Virus record (IMG/VR): IMGVR_UViG_3300045988_137242
Strand: one strand, 5' to 3'
Length of the DNA stretch: 64,000 nt
From: a virus
Below, in pieces: positions 7,426 to 16,612 of the stretch. The translations under genes were made by a program, and so were the position numbers. Below the pieces are notes generated by a model. That model ran no database searches. It saw only the letters and a list, made by a program, of their open reading frames with translations, and had not been told where the DNA came from. Every line of letters starts with the position of its first letter. Position 1 is the first letter of the stretch.

Positions 7426-8037
7426 TTATGATTTTTCTTTGTTTGGGGGATAGAGTTCTTCGTTGACGTTGCGGAGAGAGACGGACTGGATGGTGTGGGT
7501 TTTAGGGTCTAAGCCGTGCTTTTGGCAATAGATTACCCACGCATCGTAGCCGTGAGGTTTTTTCTTCTCTTCCTCCCTTTTCTTTTCCTCCTCCATCTGC
7601 TTGCGTCTTATTTCCGCTTCGCCCCTTGCTGCGAGAAGGTCTTTCTCGAAGTCTATGAGAGACATCATTATATCTTGCGGATTGATGGAGCCACCGTTGT
7701 AGAGCTTGCGGTATTCCCCATTGGAGAAGCAGACAAAGAAGTAGTCGAGTTCGGCAGGGGTGAAGTAGAAGAACTTGTCGCAGATGCGCCGTGCGAGAGT
7801 GGTGACTTGATAACTGGTAACATTACCGTAGGCACCGAGATAGCTGAACACCTCAATGAGGTGAGCCTTGACCCACGTGGTGAGTTCCTTGGGCTTCTGC
7901 TTCCGCACGACGCTGATAGGAGGATTGCCACGGCAGACCGCTTCGGCGAAAGATGTCGGCGAGACGTAGGAAGAATCAGTCTGCGTTAAGGATGCTTGCT
8001 GTTTTTTCTGCAAGGCTTTGTAATCGTTGTTGCTCAT
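7426..8037 (-). CDS. hypothetical protein (203 aa from MSNNDYK)
   Basis: Track ORF 7426-8133 trimmed to an internal ATG to reduce overlap with 7976-8419. Has a charged EEEKKREEEKKK segment. Confidence 0.5.
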   Translation of the reverse strand: MSNNDYKALQKKQQASLTQTDSSYVSPTSFAEAVCRGNPPISVVRKQKPKELTTWVKAHLIEVFSYLGAYGNVTSYQVTTLARRICDKFFYFTPAELDYFFVCFSNGEYRKLYNGGSINPQDIMMSLIDFEKDLLAARGEAEIRRKQMEEEKKREEEKKKPHGYDAWVIYCQKHGLDPKTHTIQSVSLRNVNEELYPPNKEKS

Positions 8038-8419
8038 CGTTGCGTTTGAAAATGATTTCGTCGTTCCAACATTCCCCGTTGAGATAGGTGAGAGGATGCT
8101 TGCGAAAAGCCTTGTCGGGAGTAGCCCGGACATAGGCAGGGGTAGCTTTCATGCACGCTATCTTGTCGAAGGAAGAAAGCCTGTTCCATCGGGCTTCCGC
8201 TTTCTTCCGTCCGCATTTCTTGTCGTAGGCATTCCACCACTCCTCGAAAGAGGGGGCGGAGAGAATGGAGGGTGCAGGAGAGAACACGTCAGCCTGTATG
8301 TAGTACTTGCCGGTGATGGCATATCGTGCTCCGTTGACAAAAGCGTCCTGCAAGTCTTCTCTGTCGGGAGCGTACTCCTTAGCCTTAGCTGAGATTTCCT
8401 TTAGAGATTTCATAGGCAC
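7976..8419 (-). CDS. hypothetical protein with an FEEWWNAYDKKCGRKKAE motif
   Basis: From memory, an FxxFWxxYPKKxGKxxA motif recurs in phage replication-module proteins. This is not verified. Confidence 0.45.
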   Translation of the reverse strand: MPMKSLKEISAKAKEYAPDREDLQDAFVNGARYAITGKYYIQADVFSPAPSILSAPSFEEWWNAYDKKCGRKKAEARWNRLSSFDKIACMKATPAYVRATPDKAFRKHPLTYLNGECWNDEIIFKRNDEQQRLQSLAEKTASILNAD

Positions 8420-8425
8420 AGAGAT

Positions 8426-8854
8426 TTAAATCCATCCGTCGGCAGATTCCAGTTCCTTCTGGCAGTAAGCCAGTCCCACCTTGTCGTCGATGGCAGGAAT
8501 CTCGGTGCCGTTCATCCGTGCGTAGTCGAGGAAGTTGCGTATGACGGAAGATGCTTCGGCTGTGGTGAGAGCAGAGAGCGGTTTGAAGACAGGTGCGCCC
8601 CGTTTGTCTTTCTTCTCCGTATAGAACGGTACCGGGCAGACATGGAGCTGAATGTTGTGGAGAGTGTCGTAGAATGTCTCTCCATTTTTCCAAGCGAAGT
8701 AGCTGATCATAAAGTGGATATAACGCTGCTGTCTGTCGGTCTGTACGGGGTGGAACTTTCGGATTTCTATAATCTGTTTATTCTCACGGTAGCGTTCTAT
8801 ATCCTTGAACACTTTAAGGTAGTCGTTGGGATGATTGAGATTGTATAGTGCCAT
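8426..8854 (-). CDS. hypothetical protein (142 aa)
   Basis: Track ORF adjacent to the recombination genes. Confidence 0.5.
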   Translation of the reverse strand: MALYNLNHPNDYLKVFKDIERYRENKQIIEIRKFHPVQTDRQQRYIHFMISYFAWKNGETFYDTLHNIQLHVCPVPFYTEKKDKRGAPVFKPLSALTTAEASSVIRNFLDYARMNGTEIPAIDDKVGLAYCQKELESADGWI

Positions 8855-8860
8855 AATGAA

Positions 8861-9577
8861 TTAAGATAAGTTAAACGTTACTGATTTTTCGGCGAAGAAG
8901 GTGGCGACGCCAAGAGCCTGCTGAAACTCGTCAATGGCATCCGGTTTGTTGAGATGTCTTTCGGAGCCATGTATGAGGATTATACGTCGAGCTGTTTTGT
9001 CGGCTTGGCATTGGTGCATGAAACTGATGGCATGGGAGAGGCTCATGTGAGAGAGCCTTATGCGGTCAGCTTGGCTTCGGGGTGTCTTGCCCGAAGAGAC
9101 TGCCGAATCAAGAAGCCTGTCGTCATAGTTGCACTCGCACATATAGGTAGAGCAGCCACGTATGACGTGATCCATTGTGAAGGCATCCGTGAAGAAATAG
9201 AGAGACCCCATTTCGGAATGGTGGATGAGGAACGAGAGACAAGGCACATCGTGAACGACAGAGATGGGAGCCACGGAGAAATCTCCAAGATAATAAGTCT
9301 TGCCGGAATTGAGGGGGGCTACCTCGGGGATGAGGCTTGTCACATCATATGTAGAATAGGCAGGGATGCCAGCCCGAAGGAAGTCCTTGATATATTTGCA
9401 ATGGTCGCCATGCGAATGAGACACGATGACACCCACGCAGTCGGCGGTATGAAGCTTGGCAAAAGTCTTGACCTCCTTCAATGGTCGCCCTGCTTCGATA
9501 CAGAGCTGCTGACCATCGGAGGAAGTAAGGACGTAGGAATTGCCGAGGGAATTGCTGTTCACTACGGTAAGCTTCAT
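8861..9577 (-). CDS. metallo-beta-lactamase-fold hydrolase (putative nuclease partner of RecT)
   Basis: Contains the HxHxDH motif VSHSHGDHCKY. The start is trimmed to MKLTVVNSN, 4 nt after the RecT stop. Confidence 0.7.
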   Translation of the reverse strand: MKLTVVNSNSLGNSYVLTSSDGQQLCIEAGRPLKEVKTFAKLHTADCVGVIVSHSHGDHCKYIKDFLRAGIPAYSTYDVTSLIPEVAPLNSGKTYYLGDFSVAPISVVHDVPCLSFLIHHSEMGSLYFFTDAFTMDHVIRGCSTYMCECNYDDRLLDSAVSSGKTPRSQADRIRLSHMSLSHAISFMHQCQADKTARRIILIHGSERHLNKPDAIDEFQQALGVATFFAEKSVTFNLS

Positions 9578-9581
9578 AATG

Positions 9582-10532
9582 TCAATCCAATTTAAACGGG
9601 TTCTCCTGCGGTGCTTCTTCGGCAACAGGGACAGACTCGGTGGTGTCGGTTGGCTGCTGCATCTCGCCAGTCTGGGAGTCAACCACGATAACCTCTTTAG
9701 GCTGAGCAAACTCCTCGTCACGAGTAGCCGAGGAATCCTGCATCTCGTCGTCGCCCATTGCGGAAATCATCTCGATGGAGAGATAGCCATACTTGGAAAG
9801 GAGTCGGCGAAGAACCGTCTTGGTTCCCATAGAGATGAAATCGCCTTCCCATCCTACCTTTCCTGTAGAGCCGTTGACGGCTTGCGAGTTTGCGAGGTCG
9901 CATAGGTCGTCAACCGTAGGCAGCGGATTGTCGGGAGTAGCCTTGCGTTTGAAGGACGGAGAGAATTTGAGAGCATAAGCAGCCATATCCTGCAGTGACA
10001 TATAGAGCGTCTTGGTGAATCCGTTGGTTGTCTCGAAGTGTGCGAAGAAGCCCTCAATCTTGTCGCTAATCTTGTCGCCTGACAAGTCAATCATGCCGGA
10101 AAGCTTGTCTTTGCTGACCAGTTCGCCCTCATATACGACATCAGCATTGATGTTGCGATACTGCCCGGTGCGCATAGCCATCTGGATGTAACCACGGTAG
10201 CCGATAGTGAGAGTAGGAGTAGGCACCTTACGGCGGCTGACCTTATCCCAGTTGTTGAAAACCACTATGTAGGCATAACCGAGCTGCTTGTTGAGCGGTA
10301 GTTTGAGCGTTGCCGCCTTGATAGCCTCCTGAATAACCTTGTTAGGGTCGCAAGCCTGCAGCTGCGTATCGTTGGAGAAAATCTCGATAAGAGACGTGGC
10401 GAAGGTGCCGGAGTTCTTGCCGAGGACATTCTTCAGTTGTGTCTGTACGTAGTTGCCGTTCATCTTGCTGTTGAAAGTGATGATGCTCTGCTGAGCAGGC
10501 GTGAGTTTGTTGGTCTTTGCTATTTCAGACAT
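9582..10532 (-). CDS. recT: RecT-family single-strand annealing protein
   Basis: AIKAATLKLPLNKQLGYAYIVVF ... IGYRGYIQMAMRTGQY matches the recalled RecT core pattern. Confidence 0.7.
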   Translation of the reverse strand: MSEIAKTNKLTPAQQSIITFNSKMNGNYVQTQLKNVLGKNSGTFATSLIEIFSNDTQLQACDPNKVIQEAIKAATLKLPLNKQLGYAYIVVFNNWDKVSRRKVPTPTLTIGYRGYIQMAMRTGQYRNINADVVYEGELVSKDKLSGMIDLSGDKISDKIEGFFAHFETTNGFTKTLYMSLQDMAAYALKFSPSFKRKATPDNPLPTVDDLCDLANSQAVNGSTGKVGWEGDFISMGTKTVLRRLLSKYGYLSIEMISAMGDDEMQDSSATRDEEFAQPKEVIVVDSQTGEMQQPTDTTESVPVAEEAPQENPFKLD

Positions 10533-10567
10533 ATTAAAAATGAATTTTTATTTAGTTAAACAATCAA

Positions 10568-12553
10568 TTAATCTCCATAGCTGAAAGTAAGTTCGTTGTC
10601 GTTGCTTACGTAGAGTCTGATTTGCTGACTGCCGAAAGATAGCGGCGAGAGGTTGGACTCACATTCGTCAAGAATCATAGGCACAGAGAGGTCGTAGTAT
10701 TTGGCGAAGGTGTGGGCTATGTCGATGCCTGCGTTGATGCGTGCAGCTGTGTTGAGTTGGCTGTAAGGCACACCTTGATGATAGCACTCGCAGAAGGGCT
10801 TTTTCTCGCCATCGAGATTACTCTTGAAGAGTGACCACTGCACGAAGGAGAAAAATCCGTTGACAGATTCCTCAATGATGGAGCAGGAACGCTGATTGTA
10901 TTCAGATGTGATGTCAAGCTGTGTGTCGAGTTCGTCGAGCTGCTTCTGATAGGTTTTCTTGTCGTTCTTGACCTCTTCAATCTTGTCGTTTATGCGGTCG
11001 AAAGAATCTTTCTTGGCAAGACGAGAGGAGAGAGTATTAATCTCGGCTGTGAGCGAGGACTTCTTGGCAAGGAGTTCATCAAGCATCTTCTGCTGTTCCG
11101 TACTGAGTTCAGAAGGCTTGGAGAGTTCATCTTCAAGGTGTTTGAGTTCGGCAGCGGCTTGGGAATAGTTTTCGTTAGCCTGCAGAATATCCTCATAGGA
11201 GCGTGGCTTTTCCTTCTCCACCTCTTTCAGCCGGGCTTCGGCATCGTTGAGAGCCTTGTGAGCCTTGGTGAGCTGCTTGGTAGTGGAAGAGCGTTCTTCG
11301 TTCATCTTTTCGAGCAAGTCTTTACACTCCTTATGTTCAGCCTTAATCTCGTCAGCCCGAGCCAAGAGAGCTTTCAGCCGTTCCGCTTTGTCAAGATTGA
11401 AACGCTGTTCGGATTCGGCTTTAAGACGGTTGATTTCGGCGAACGGGAGAGCCTGTCCGCAATAACGACAGATGCCATCCTTGGCTTTCCATGACCACGA
11501 CTCGCTGTTAATCTCCTGATACTGGGCGCCAGCCTGCTTGATGTCCTCCTTCTGCTGCTGCAGTTGTGCGTTGAGCTGAATTTCGGACTCGGTGAAGCCC
11601 TGCATCTTGGCTTTCAGTTCGTCAACGACAGACTGCGCCTGTGACTTCTCCTTACGACCATTGATGAGGTCGGAATCATGTTTCGTGCGTTCATCAACGG
11701 AGATATTTCTTGCGCCTTTCTCCATCTCATCAATGCGCTTGTGCTGAAATTCGATACGCTTGCGAAGGCTATCGTTACGCACTTGGTCCACCGCTCCGTT
11801 TTGGATTGCGTTAATCTGTTCGGAGATAGAATCAGCCTGTGAATTTTTCTCCTTCAATTCAGTCGAGAGACCGTCCCAATCTTCCGCTTCGACCTGTACG
11901 GCATTGAGTTCCCGGAGACGGACTGGGATGTTGTCGAGCTGCTTCTGTATCTCGGTGCGCTTATATTTAATATGATGAAGGAACTGATCAATGCTTTCTT
12001 TTTTGAGTGCTTCTACAACGAAGTCGTATTTTGCGGAGCCTTGCGTTATAGTCGCAATAGGAATTTCCGGGATAAGCTGCTCAAGGAATTTCCGCTGTTT
12101 GTCCCACGGAAGCTGAGCGAAGAACGTTGGAGAGCTTGCGATACGAAAGGTTATCTCCGGGCAGATGGCTTCGACAGCCTTCTTGTAGTCGCTTGCGGTG
12201 TAGATTTCTCCGTTGACGAAATACTTATAATTGTTCTTGCACTCCTTGCCTTTCCATGAATCGAGGAGGGTACGCTTGAATGTGGTGGACTCGCCATCAA
12301 CGGAGACGGTGAGTTCTGCGGAGTGCTCGATTTCGGGGATGATGTTGTGGTCTTTGTCGTAGGTCTTGATGTTTAGGGCATTGCCCTTTGCGTCAGTGCC
12401 GTAGAGGACGTAGACGATGGCATTGGCGAGAGTGCTCTTGCCTATGCCGTTGCGTCCACTGACGTTTACTATGTTTCTGTTCAAGCGGTATTCTGCATTG
12501 CTGATGCCGCAGAAGTTAAGGAGCTTGATGTTTTGGAATGTTATTGTCTTCAT
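10568..12553 (-). CDS. Rad50/SbcC-like AAA ATPase with coiled coil and CxxC hook
   Basis: Walker A GRNGIGKST near the N-terminus, a long E/K/Q-rich coiled coil, CRYCGQ at its midpoint, and ILDECES near the C-terminus. Confidence 0.7.
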   Translation of the reverse strand: MKTITFQNIKLLNFCGISNAEYRLNRNIVNVSGRNGIGKSTLANAIVYVLYGTDAKGNALNIKTYDKDHNIIPEIEHSAELTVSVDGESTTFKRTLLDSWKGKECKNNYKYFVNGEIYTASDYKKAVEAICPEITFRIASSPTFFAQLPWDKQRKFLEQLIPEIPIATITQGSAKYDFVVEALKKESIDQFLHHIKYKRTEIQKQLDNIPVRLRELNAVQVEAEDWDGLSTELKEKNSQADSISEQINAIQNGAVDQVRNDSLRKRIEFQHKRIDEMEKGARNISVDERTKHDSDLINGRKEKSQAQSVVDELKAKMQGFTESEIQLNAQLQQQKEDIKQAGAQYQEINSESWSWKAKDGICRYCGQALPFAEINRLKAESEQRFNLDKAERLKALLARADEIKAEHKECKDLLEKMNEERSSTTKQLTKAHKALNDAEARLKEVEKEKPRSYEDILQANENYSQAAAELKHLEDELSKPSELSTEQQKMLDELLAKKSSLTAEINTLSSRLAKKDSFDRINDKIEEVKNDKKTYQKQLDELDTQLDITSEYNQRSCSIIEESVNGFFSFVQWSLFKSNLDGEKKPFCECYHQGVPYSQLNTAARINAGIDIAHTFAKYYDLSVPMILDECESNLSPLSFGSQQIRLYVSNDNELTFSYGD

Positions 12554-12555
12554 TG

Positions 12556-13191
12556 CTAAAAGTATTTTTGTTGGAACTTACGGCGGAGATAGTTGGCTAC
12601 GTCTTCCGGGGTTTTCAAGAATCCTTCGTTGATAAGCATGGCTACTTGCTTTTCGAGTTCAAAATATTCTTTCTGTTTTTCTTCGGTGCCATATTCGTTG
12701 CGAAGCTTCTTCTCGTGCTTGTTGGTCACTATGTAGTTGATGCCCTTGCCAAGAATAGGCATGTAGCGTTTCATCTGATGCGGAGTGCAAATCTTCCCCA
12801 TTGCGGAAGCCAACTCTTTGTAAGCGTCACCTGCTTCATTACGATAGGTGAGCATTTGGTCTGAAACAAATTTCAGAACTTTGACTTTAAAGGCTGGATT
12901 CAGCCACATTGCAAAATCGAGAAACATTAGAGGATGTCCCCATGTTCCGCCATTTTTCCCTCTTGAAGCTAAATAGGGAGTTTTCTCCCCATTTATATTC
13001 TCCTCTTCGCATAAGGCTTTTATAAACTCCTGTGTTGCCTTGTTACCGAGATAGTCTTTCAGTTCTTTCTTTGTATTATTACTGTTATTCCATTTACTTA
13101 ACAGGTCGGTCAGATTGAAATATCCGTCTTTGGTACGCTGCTCAACCACGAAGTTAGCGAGCGGTCTTTTCATTATCTGATTCGTTATCAT
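12556..13191 (-). CDS. KilA-N domain protein
   Basis: KDGYFNLTDLLSKWNN ... GGTWGHPLMFLDFAMWLNPAFKV matches the KilA-N pattern. Confidence 0.65.
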   Translation of the reverse strand: MITNQIMKRPLANFVVEQRTKDGYFNLTDLLSKWNNSNNTKKELKDYLGNKATQEFIKALCEEENINGEKTPYLASRGKNGGTWGHPLMFLDFAMWLNPAFKVKVLKFVSDQMLTYRNEAGDAYKELASAMGKICTPHQMKRYMPILGKGINYIVTNKHEKKLRNEYGTEEKQKEYFELEKQVAMLINEGFLKTPEDVANYLRRKFQQKYF

Positions 13192-13459
13192 TGCTTTTTT
13201 GCTTTTTTAGTTCCTCATAATGGAGTTCGAGAGCCTTTGCTGCGCTGTATGCGAAGAGGTCGCTGTTGCGCATTGCTTGCAGGAGAAGTTTTTCCATGTC
13301 CTCTTGTGGGGCGTGTAGCCAAGAGTATGCTTCGGAGCGGTTGGCGTCGCCCATGAGGACGATAGCCCGAAAATGGTTGCCGAGGTCGGCTGCTTTGTCT
13401 GCCTTGTCGAGGGTCTTCTTGACTTGCAGGAAGAAGTCTTGTCTGATGTTTTTATTCAT
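13154..13459 (-). CDS. hypothetical protein (101 aa)
   Basis: Track ORF in the operon. Confidence 0.5.
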   Translation of the reverse strand: MNKNIRQDFFLQVKKTLDKADKAADLGNHFRAIVLMGDANRSEAYSWLHAPQEDMEKLLLQAMRNSDLFAYSAAKALELHYEELKKQKSNDNESDNEKTAR

Positions 13460-13655
13460 CTGTAATAGGTTTGATTAGAATGTCGTTCAGCGTCTTGCTG
13501 TAAGTGACTCTCTTTTGCCTCAGAAGGGTGTTGAGCGTTTCGGAGAGGTCTTTCTGAACGGCTGTTTTCAGTTTAGAATAAAGGACGCCGCACGGAATAT
13601 GATTTTCCGGCGGCATCAGTTCTTTTATTTTCTCTATTATATAATCCTCGTTCAT
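13452..13655 (-). CDS. hypothetical protein (67 aa)
   Basis: Track ORF. Overlaps both neighbours by a few nt. Confidence 0.45.
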   Translation of the reverse strand: MNEDYIIEKIKELMPPENHIPCGVLYSKLKTAVQKDLSETLNTLLRQKRVTYSKTLNDILIKPITDE

Positions 13656-14182
13656 AGTCTGTCGGTTGAGCCTAATCCTCTGCGCCAGCCTCTGACTCTG
13701 CCATTGACGAGACCGACTGTAGGGACGAAGGTGAAGCGTCCTTGACAGATTCGGTTTTTTTTCGGGATGATAATTTTGAAGCCCAAGAGACGTAGGAAGC
13801 GGTGTTTGAGCCGGAACTGTCCGAACTTGACTATAGCCTGCACTTCTTCTCCGTAGCCGGAATCTATCAGTCCGAGTATGACATCAGCGTTGATGCGCAG
13901 AGGGGATGGAGTGGGGGAAATCCATTGTAGCCACTTGGGGTAATAAGCATAGGCTATCATGCCTTTGCCGGATTGTCCGCTGCGTGGCTGTATCTGCATG
14001 CCTATGTCGGGCGGTAGTGCTATCTTGAATCCGAGGGGGATATAGACCCTTGTGTTAGGAACTGCCTCTGTATCTCTTGAAGTGAAGAGGTCGTAGGCTG
14101 CATCATGCGGATTTGCCTTGCGTGGTGTGTAGCAAGGGTCGTCGGGTTGGATGGTGATTGTGGTGATTGGAATTTTTGTCAT
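13652..14182 (-). CDS. dut: dUTP diphosphatase (trimeric dUTPase family)
   Basis: AAYDL, QPRSGQSGKG, LIDSGYGEE and a C-terminal RRGLGSTD correspond to dUTPase motifs 2-5. Confidence 0.75.
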   Translation of the reverse strand: MTKIPITTITIQPDDPCYTPRKANPHDAAYDLFTSRDTEAVPNTRVYIPLGFKIALPPDIGMQIQPRSGQSGKGMIAYAYYPKWLQWISPTPSPLRINADVILGLIDSGYGEEVQAIVKFGQFRLKHRFLRLLGFKIIIPKKNRICQGRFTFVPTVGLVNGRVRGWRRGLGSTDRL

Positions 14183-14189
14183 AATTTAT

Positions 14190-14945
14190 TTATTTTTCTA
14201 TTAGTGGCAGTATGTTGTGGTTTTTCAGCTCTTCATACAAGAAGAGCCTTCCTTTCTGCGTCCATTTCGTGTGCATGACAGAACCGGAAGAGCCATCTTT
14301 GTGCTCGATGAAGATAGTGTCGGATTGTACGTATCCGTTCGGCAGATGTTTTGCATACAGAATCCATTGCCCTCCGACTTTGTGCTGAATGCCGAAGTTT
14401 CGGAGGAGTACGTTGAAAGACTTGGCAGATAATCCGTAGTCTTGTGCTATCTGCGTGGTATTGACAGTCTCTTTGCTTGCAAGAATCTTATCCAAGTATG
14501 TAACCTTTGGCTGCATGGTGGCTATTGTTCCGCTTAGTTCGACAATCTCCTTGGAGTTAGCTTCGAGCCGTTTTTGCTGCGCTTCAATCTGTTCGGCTTG
14601 GTCGGCTGCGAGACGCAGGGCTTCGGCGAAGGTGGTTGGGATTTTGGCAATAGGGGAGAGCTGTTTGGTTTCGAGTTCTTCCCAACGGTTGATAATTCTT
14701 TCCCGAAGAAGGGCATCATAGCCACTGGCGAGAATCAGACACCCTTTCTTTGTGAGGGAATAACACTTCTGCTGCCTGTTTGATTTATCGACATAAGAGG
14801 TCTCCTCAAAATTGAGGGCATCTACACCTTGCTTTAAAATGTTCTGAATATCACGTACAACATTGTCGTGACGCTTACCTGTAACCTCTGCGATTTCAAG
14901 TGAGGTCATTGTTTCTTTGTTGATGATTTCATTTCCATTCGTCAT
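14190..14945 (-). CDS. Rha-family regulator fused to a KilAC antirepressor domain
   Basis: The N-terminal MTSLEIAEVTGKRHDNVVRDIQNIL is Rha-like. The C-terminal TQIAQDYGLSAKSFNVLLRNFGIQHKVGGQWILYAKH is KilAC-like. Confidence 0.65.
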   Translation of the reverse strand: MTNGNEIINKETMTSLEIAEVTGKRHDNVVRDIQNILKQGVDALNFEETSYVDKSNRQQKCYSLTKKGCLILASGYDALLRERIINRWEELETKQLSPIAKIPTTFAEALRLAADQAEQIEAQQKRLEANSKEIVELSGTIATMQPKVTYLDKILASKETVNTTQIAQDYGLSAKSFNVLLRNFGIQHKVGGQWILYAKHLPNGYVQSDTIFIEHKDGSSGSVMHTKWTQKGRLFLYEELKNHNILPLIEK

Positions 14946-15441
14946 AGTTCTTTTCTATTTTTAGTCGTTCAACTTCCTTCTTGTAGAACTCAATGAGTTC
15001 TTGTAGCTCGAACAGAGACCAATTTCTGGCTTGACGATGTTTCCATTCTAACAGTTCCATCTTCTTTGGACCAAGCTTCTTTTCTAAATACTTGCCCAAG
15101 TATATCAGATGTGAGCTGTTGAATCTGTTATCATATTGGCACTCGATTGTTACGTTGTCCGGGTCAAATCTTGTCGCCATGTGAGTACGACTCCAATAAT
15201 GGCTTGCGTCTCCTTTAGCGAAAGGTAGGATGCGCCTGCAAGTAGGGCATTGAAACACACCTTCATCGTTTACATCACGAAGTCTGATGTATAGCGAGAA
15301 CCACCTGTCAAGCTTCTTGATGAGAGCTGATTTGCTCAGCCCTGCCTTAGCTTTTTTCTTCTCCTGCTGCTTGGCTTTGCTTTCCCAGGGTGTCTGTTTG
15401 AGAGGTGTCCTTTTGAGCGGTTTGTATCTTTTTAGAGCCAT
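14929..15441 (-). CDS. ninG: NinG-like recombination protein
   Basis: WFSLYIRLRD ... CPTCRRILPF..GDASHYWSR ... FDPDNV..EC matches the recalled lambda NinG family pattern. Confidence 0.6.
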   Translation of the reverse strand: MALKRYKPLKRTPLKQTPWESKAKQQEKKKAKAGLSKSALIKKLDRWFSLYIRLRDVNDEGVFQCPTCRRILPFAKGDASHYWSRTHMATRFDPDNVTIECQYDNRFNSSHLIYLGKYLEKKLGPKKMELLEWKHRQARNWSLFELQELIEFYKKEVERLKIEKNYDEWK

Positions 15442-15449
15442 ATACCTTA

Positions 15450-15686
15450 TTATATATCTCTGCTAATCACGTTGCCGAGGTCTGCGGAGAGGTTCTTGAT
15501 TTTACTGTTGAGGATATTGATTCTACGAACGTACAGTTCGAAGACACATAGTGAGCACCATGCGTTGTCTTCGAGCAGCGTGTATATTTCGTTAACCCTT
15601 TCTTGATAAGGAAGGGTTGGGTTGATTTTTATCATATTTGGATTGGGGGTTAGTTCTTCAAATAAAGAGAATCCTTCTATCTTCAC
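15450..15686 (-). CDS. hypothetical protein (78 aa), first gene of the leftward operon
   Basis: Track ORF. Confidence 0.45.
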   Translation of the reverse strand: MKIEGFSLFEELTPNPNMIKINPTLPYQERVNEIYTLLEDNAWCSLCVFELYVRRINILNSKIKNLSADLGNVISRDI

Positions 15687-16177
15687 AGACGGAAGGATAA
15701 AGCAAAAATGTATTACAACTACAATGAAGTATCGCTATACTTCGATTTCCATAACCTATGAATTAGAACTTAAATCTAATAATATGAAAAACTTCAATTT
15801 ATATAATTGGTCATCTTATTCGAAAGTAAAGCCAGATGCTTTTTGTACGGCTTGCCCAAGGCTGCATCTGACGGGGCTTATATATGGTGATAAGAAATGT
15901 GCTACGAAAATATCTCCGCATTTCACAACGAGGAGATATGTACACTCATATACAATTAAATAACACAAAACTAATAACGAGTGGGACATCGAGGAGTTGC
16001 ACCTCTAAGGTAATCATTCACATTAACATTATTAAAACACACGGCTAAAATCTGCCTGTTTATTTACTCGTTCGACACAGACAAAAAACGAACATGTCCC
16101 GAAAAGCCTGCTTGTCTTCACAGATTTGCAGGTAAAAATTCAAAATAATGATTTCAAAAGTAATAAAAAGGGGGGGG

Positions 16178-16252
16178 GAGGTGCGGCAGGGCTTGAACCT
16201 GCGTCTATGATAATTCATTATTCTGTCCATCGTGTTTCTGAACTACACACCT
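16178..16252 (-). tRNA. tRNA-like element with an unpaired anticodon arm (pseudo-tRNA, atypical phage tRNA or att-associated tRNA relic)
   Basis: The minus strand folds as follows. Acceptor AGGTGTG/CGCACCT: 7 bp with one U-G. D stem GTTC/GGAC. T arm GCAGG-TTCAAGC-CCTGC with a canonical T loop. Variable loop: 4 nt. Against a functional tRNA: the 17-nt anticodon arm GAATA-ATGAATT-ATCAT cannot pair, the D loop lacks GG, and no CCA is encoded (a C8 run follows). Confidence 0.4.
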
Positions 16253-16505
16253 CTATTGGTTTCGGCTTGCAGCGTTATCTGCAATTTAAGAGCCATGCTC
16301 ACCGAGGTCGTATTATGTCAAATCCTTTTATCCAATATCCAATAAGTCAAAGAGCTGCGCTGCGGAAGAGATAGTCGCCTCGGTTCTACTTCCTTATGGT
16401 TTACGCTTCCGTGATGATGGGGAGCGAAAGACTGTACCGTCCATCCAGTTGGTGGTGTGGTCGTTCTCGCTACGGAATGTCGGTCTTGAACCGTCTCCAC
16501 ACCTC
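16253..16505 (-). ncRNA. GC-rich ORF-poor segment upstream of the tRNA-like fold; possible structured RNA
   Basis: A second copy of GAGGTGTG lies at 16498-16505 (minus). There is a 7-bp GGTGTGG/CCACACC stem followed by ACCA (16451-16503) that encloses a T-loop-like CGG-TTCAAGA-CCG. ACCGAGG/CCTCGGT pair at 16301/16377. AT-rich DNA flanks both sides. Confidence 0.3.
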
Positions 16506-16612
16506 AATAAAACCAAATCTAATCGTCTATGAAACTCTCTCTTCTATTCTCCCGAACTGAAGAGAGATAAAAAATTACGCTATGATATTATCCTATTGCC
16601 TATCGGCTTTGC

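Noticed and set aside
15622-16500. ORFs 15622-15963 (+), 16126-16374 (+) and 16318-16500 (-)
   Set aside because: They lie on or across the tRNA-like fold and AT-rich spacer and have no start context or motif. Their composition is atypical, and they are opposite in strand or out of register with the operon.
16170-16505. tmRNA (ssrA) hypothesis for the 335-nt island with a tRNA-like 3' end
   Set aside because: The acceptor stem has no G3-U70 pair, so the alanine identity element is missing. No tag-like ORF ending in a hydrophobic ...LAA-type peptide was found. The 5' partner strand lies only 74 nt from the 3' end, as in a tRNA-sized fold.
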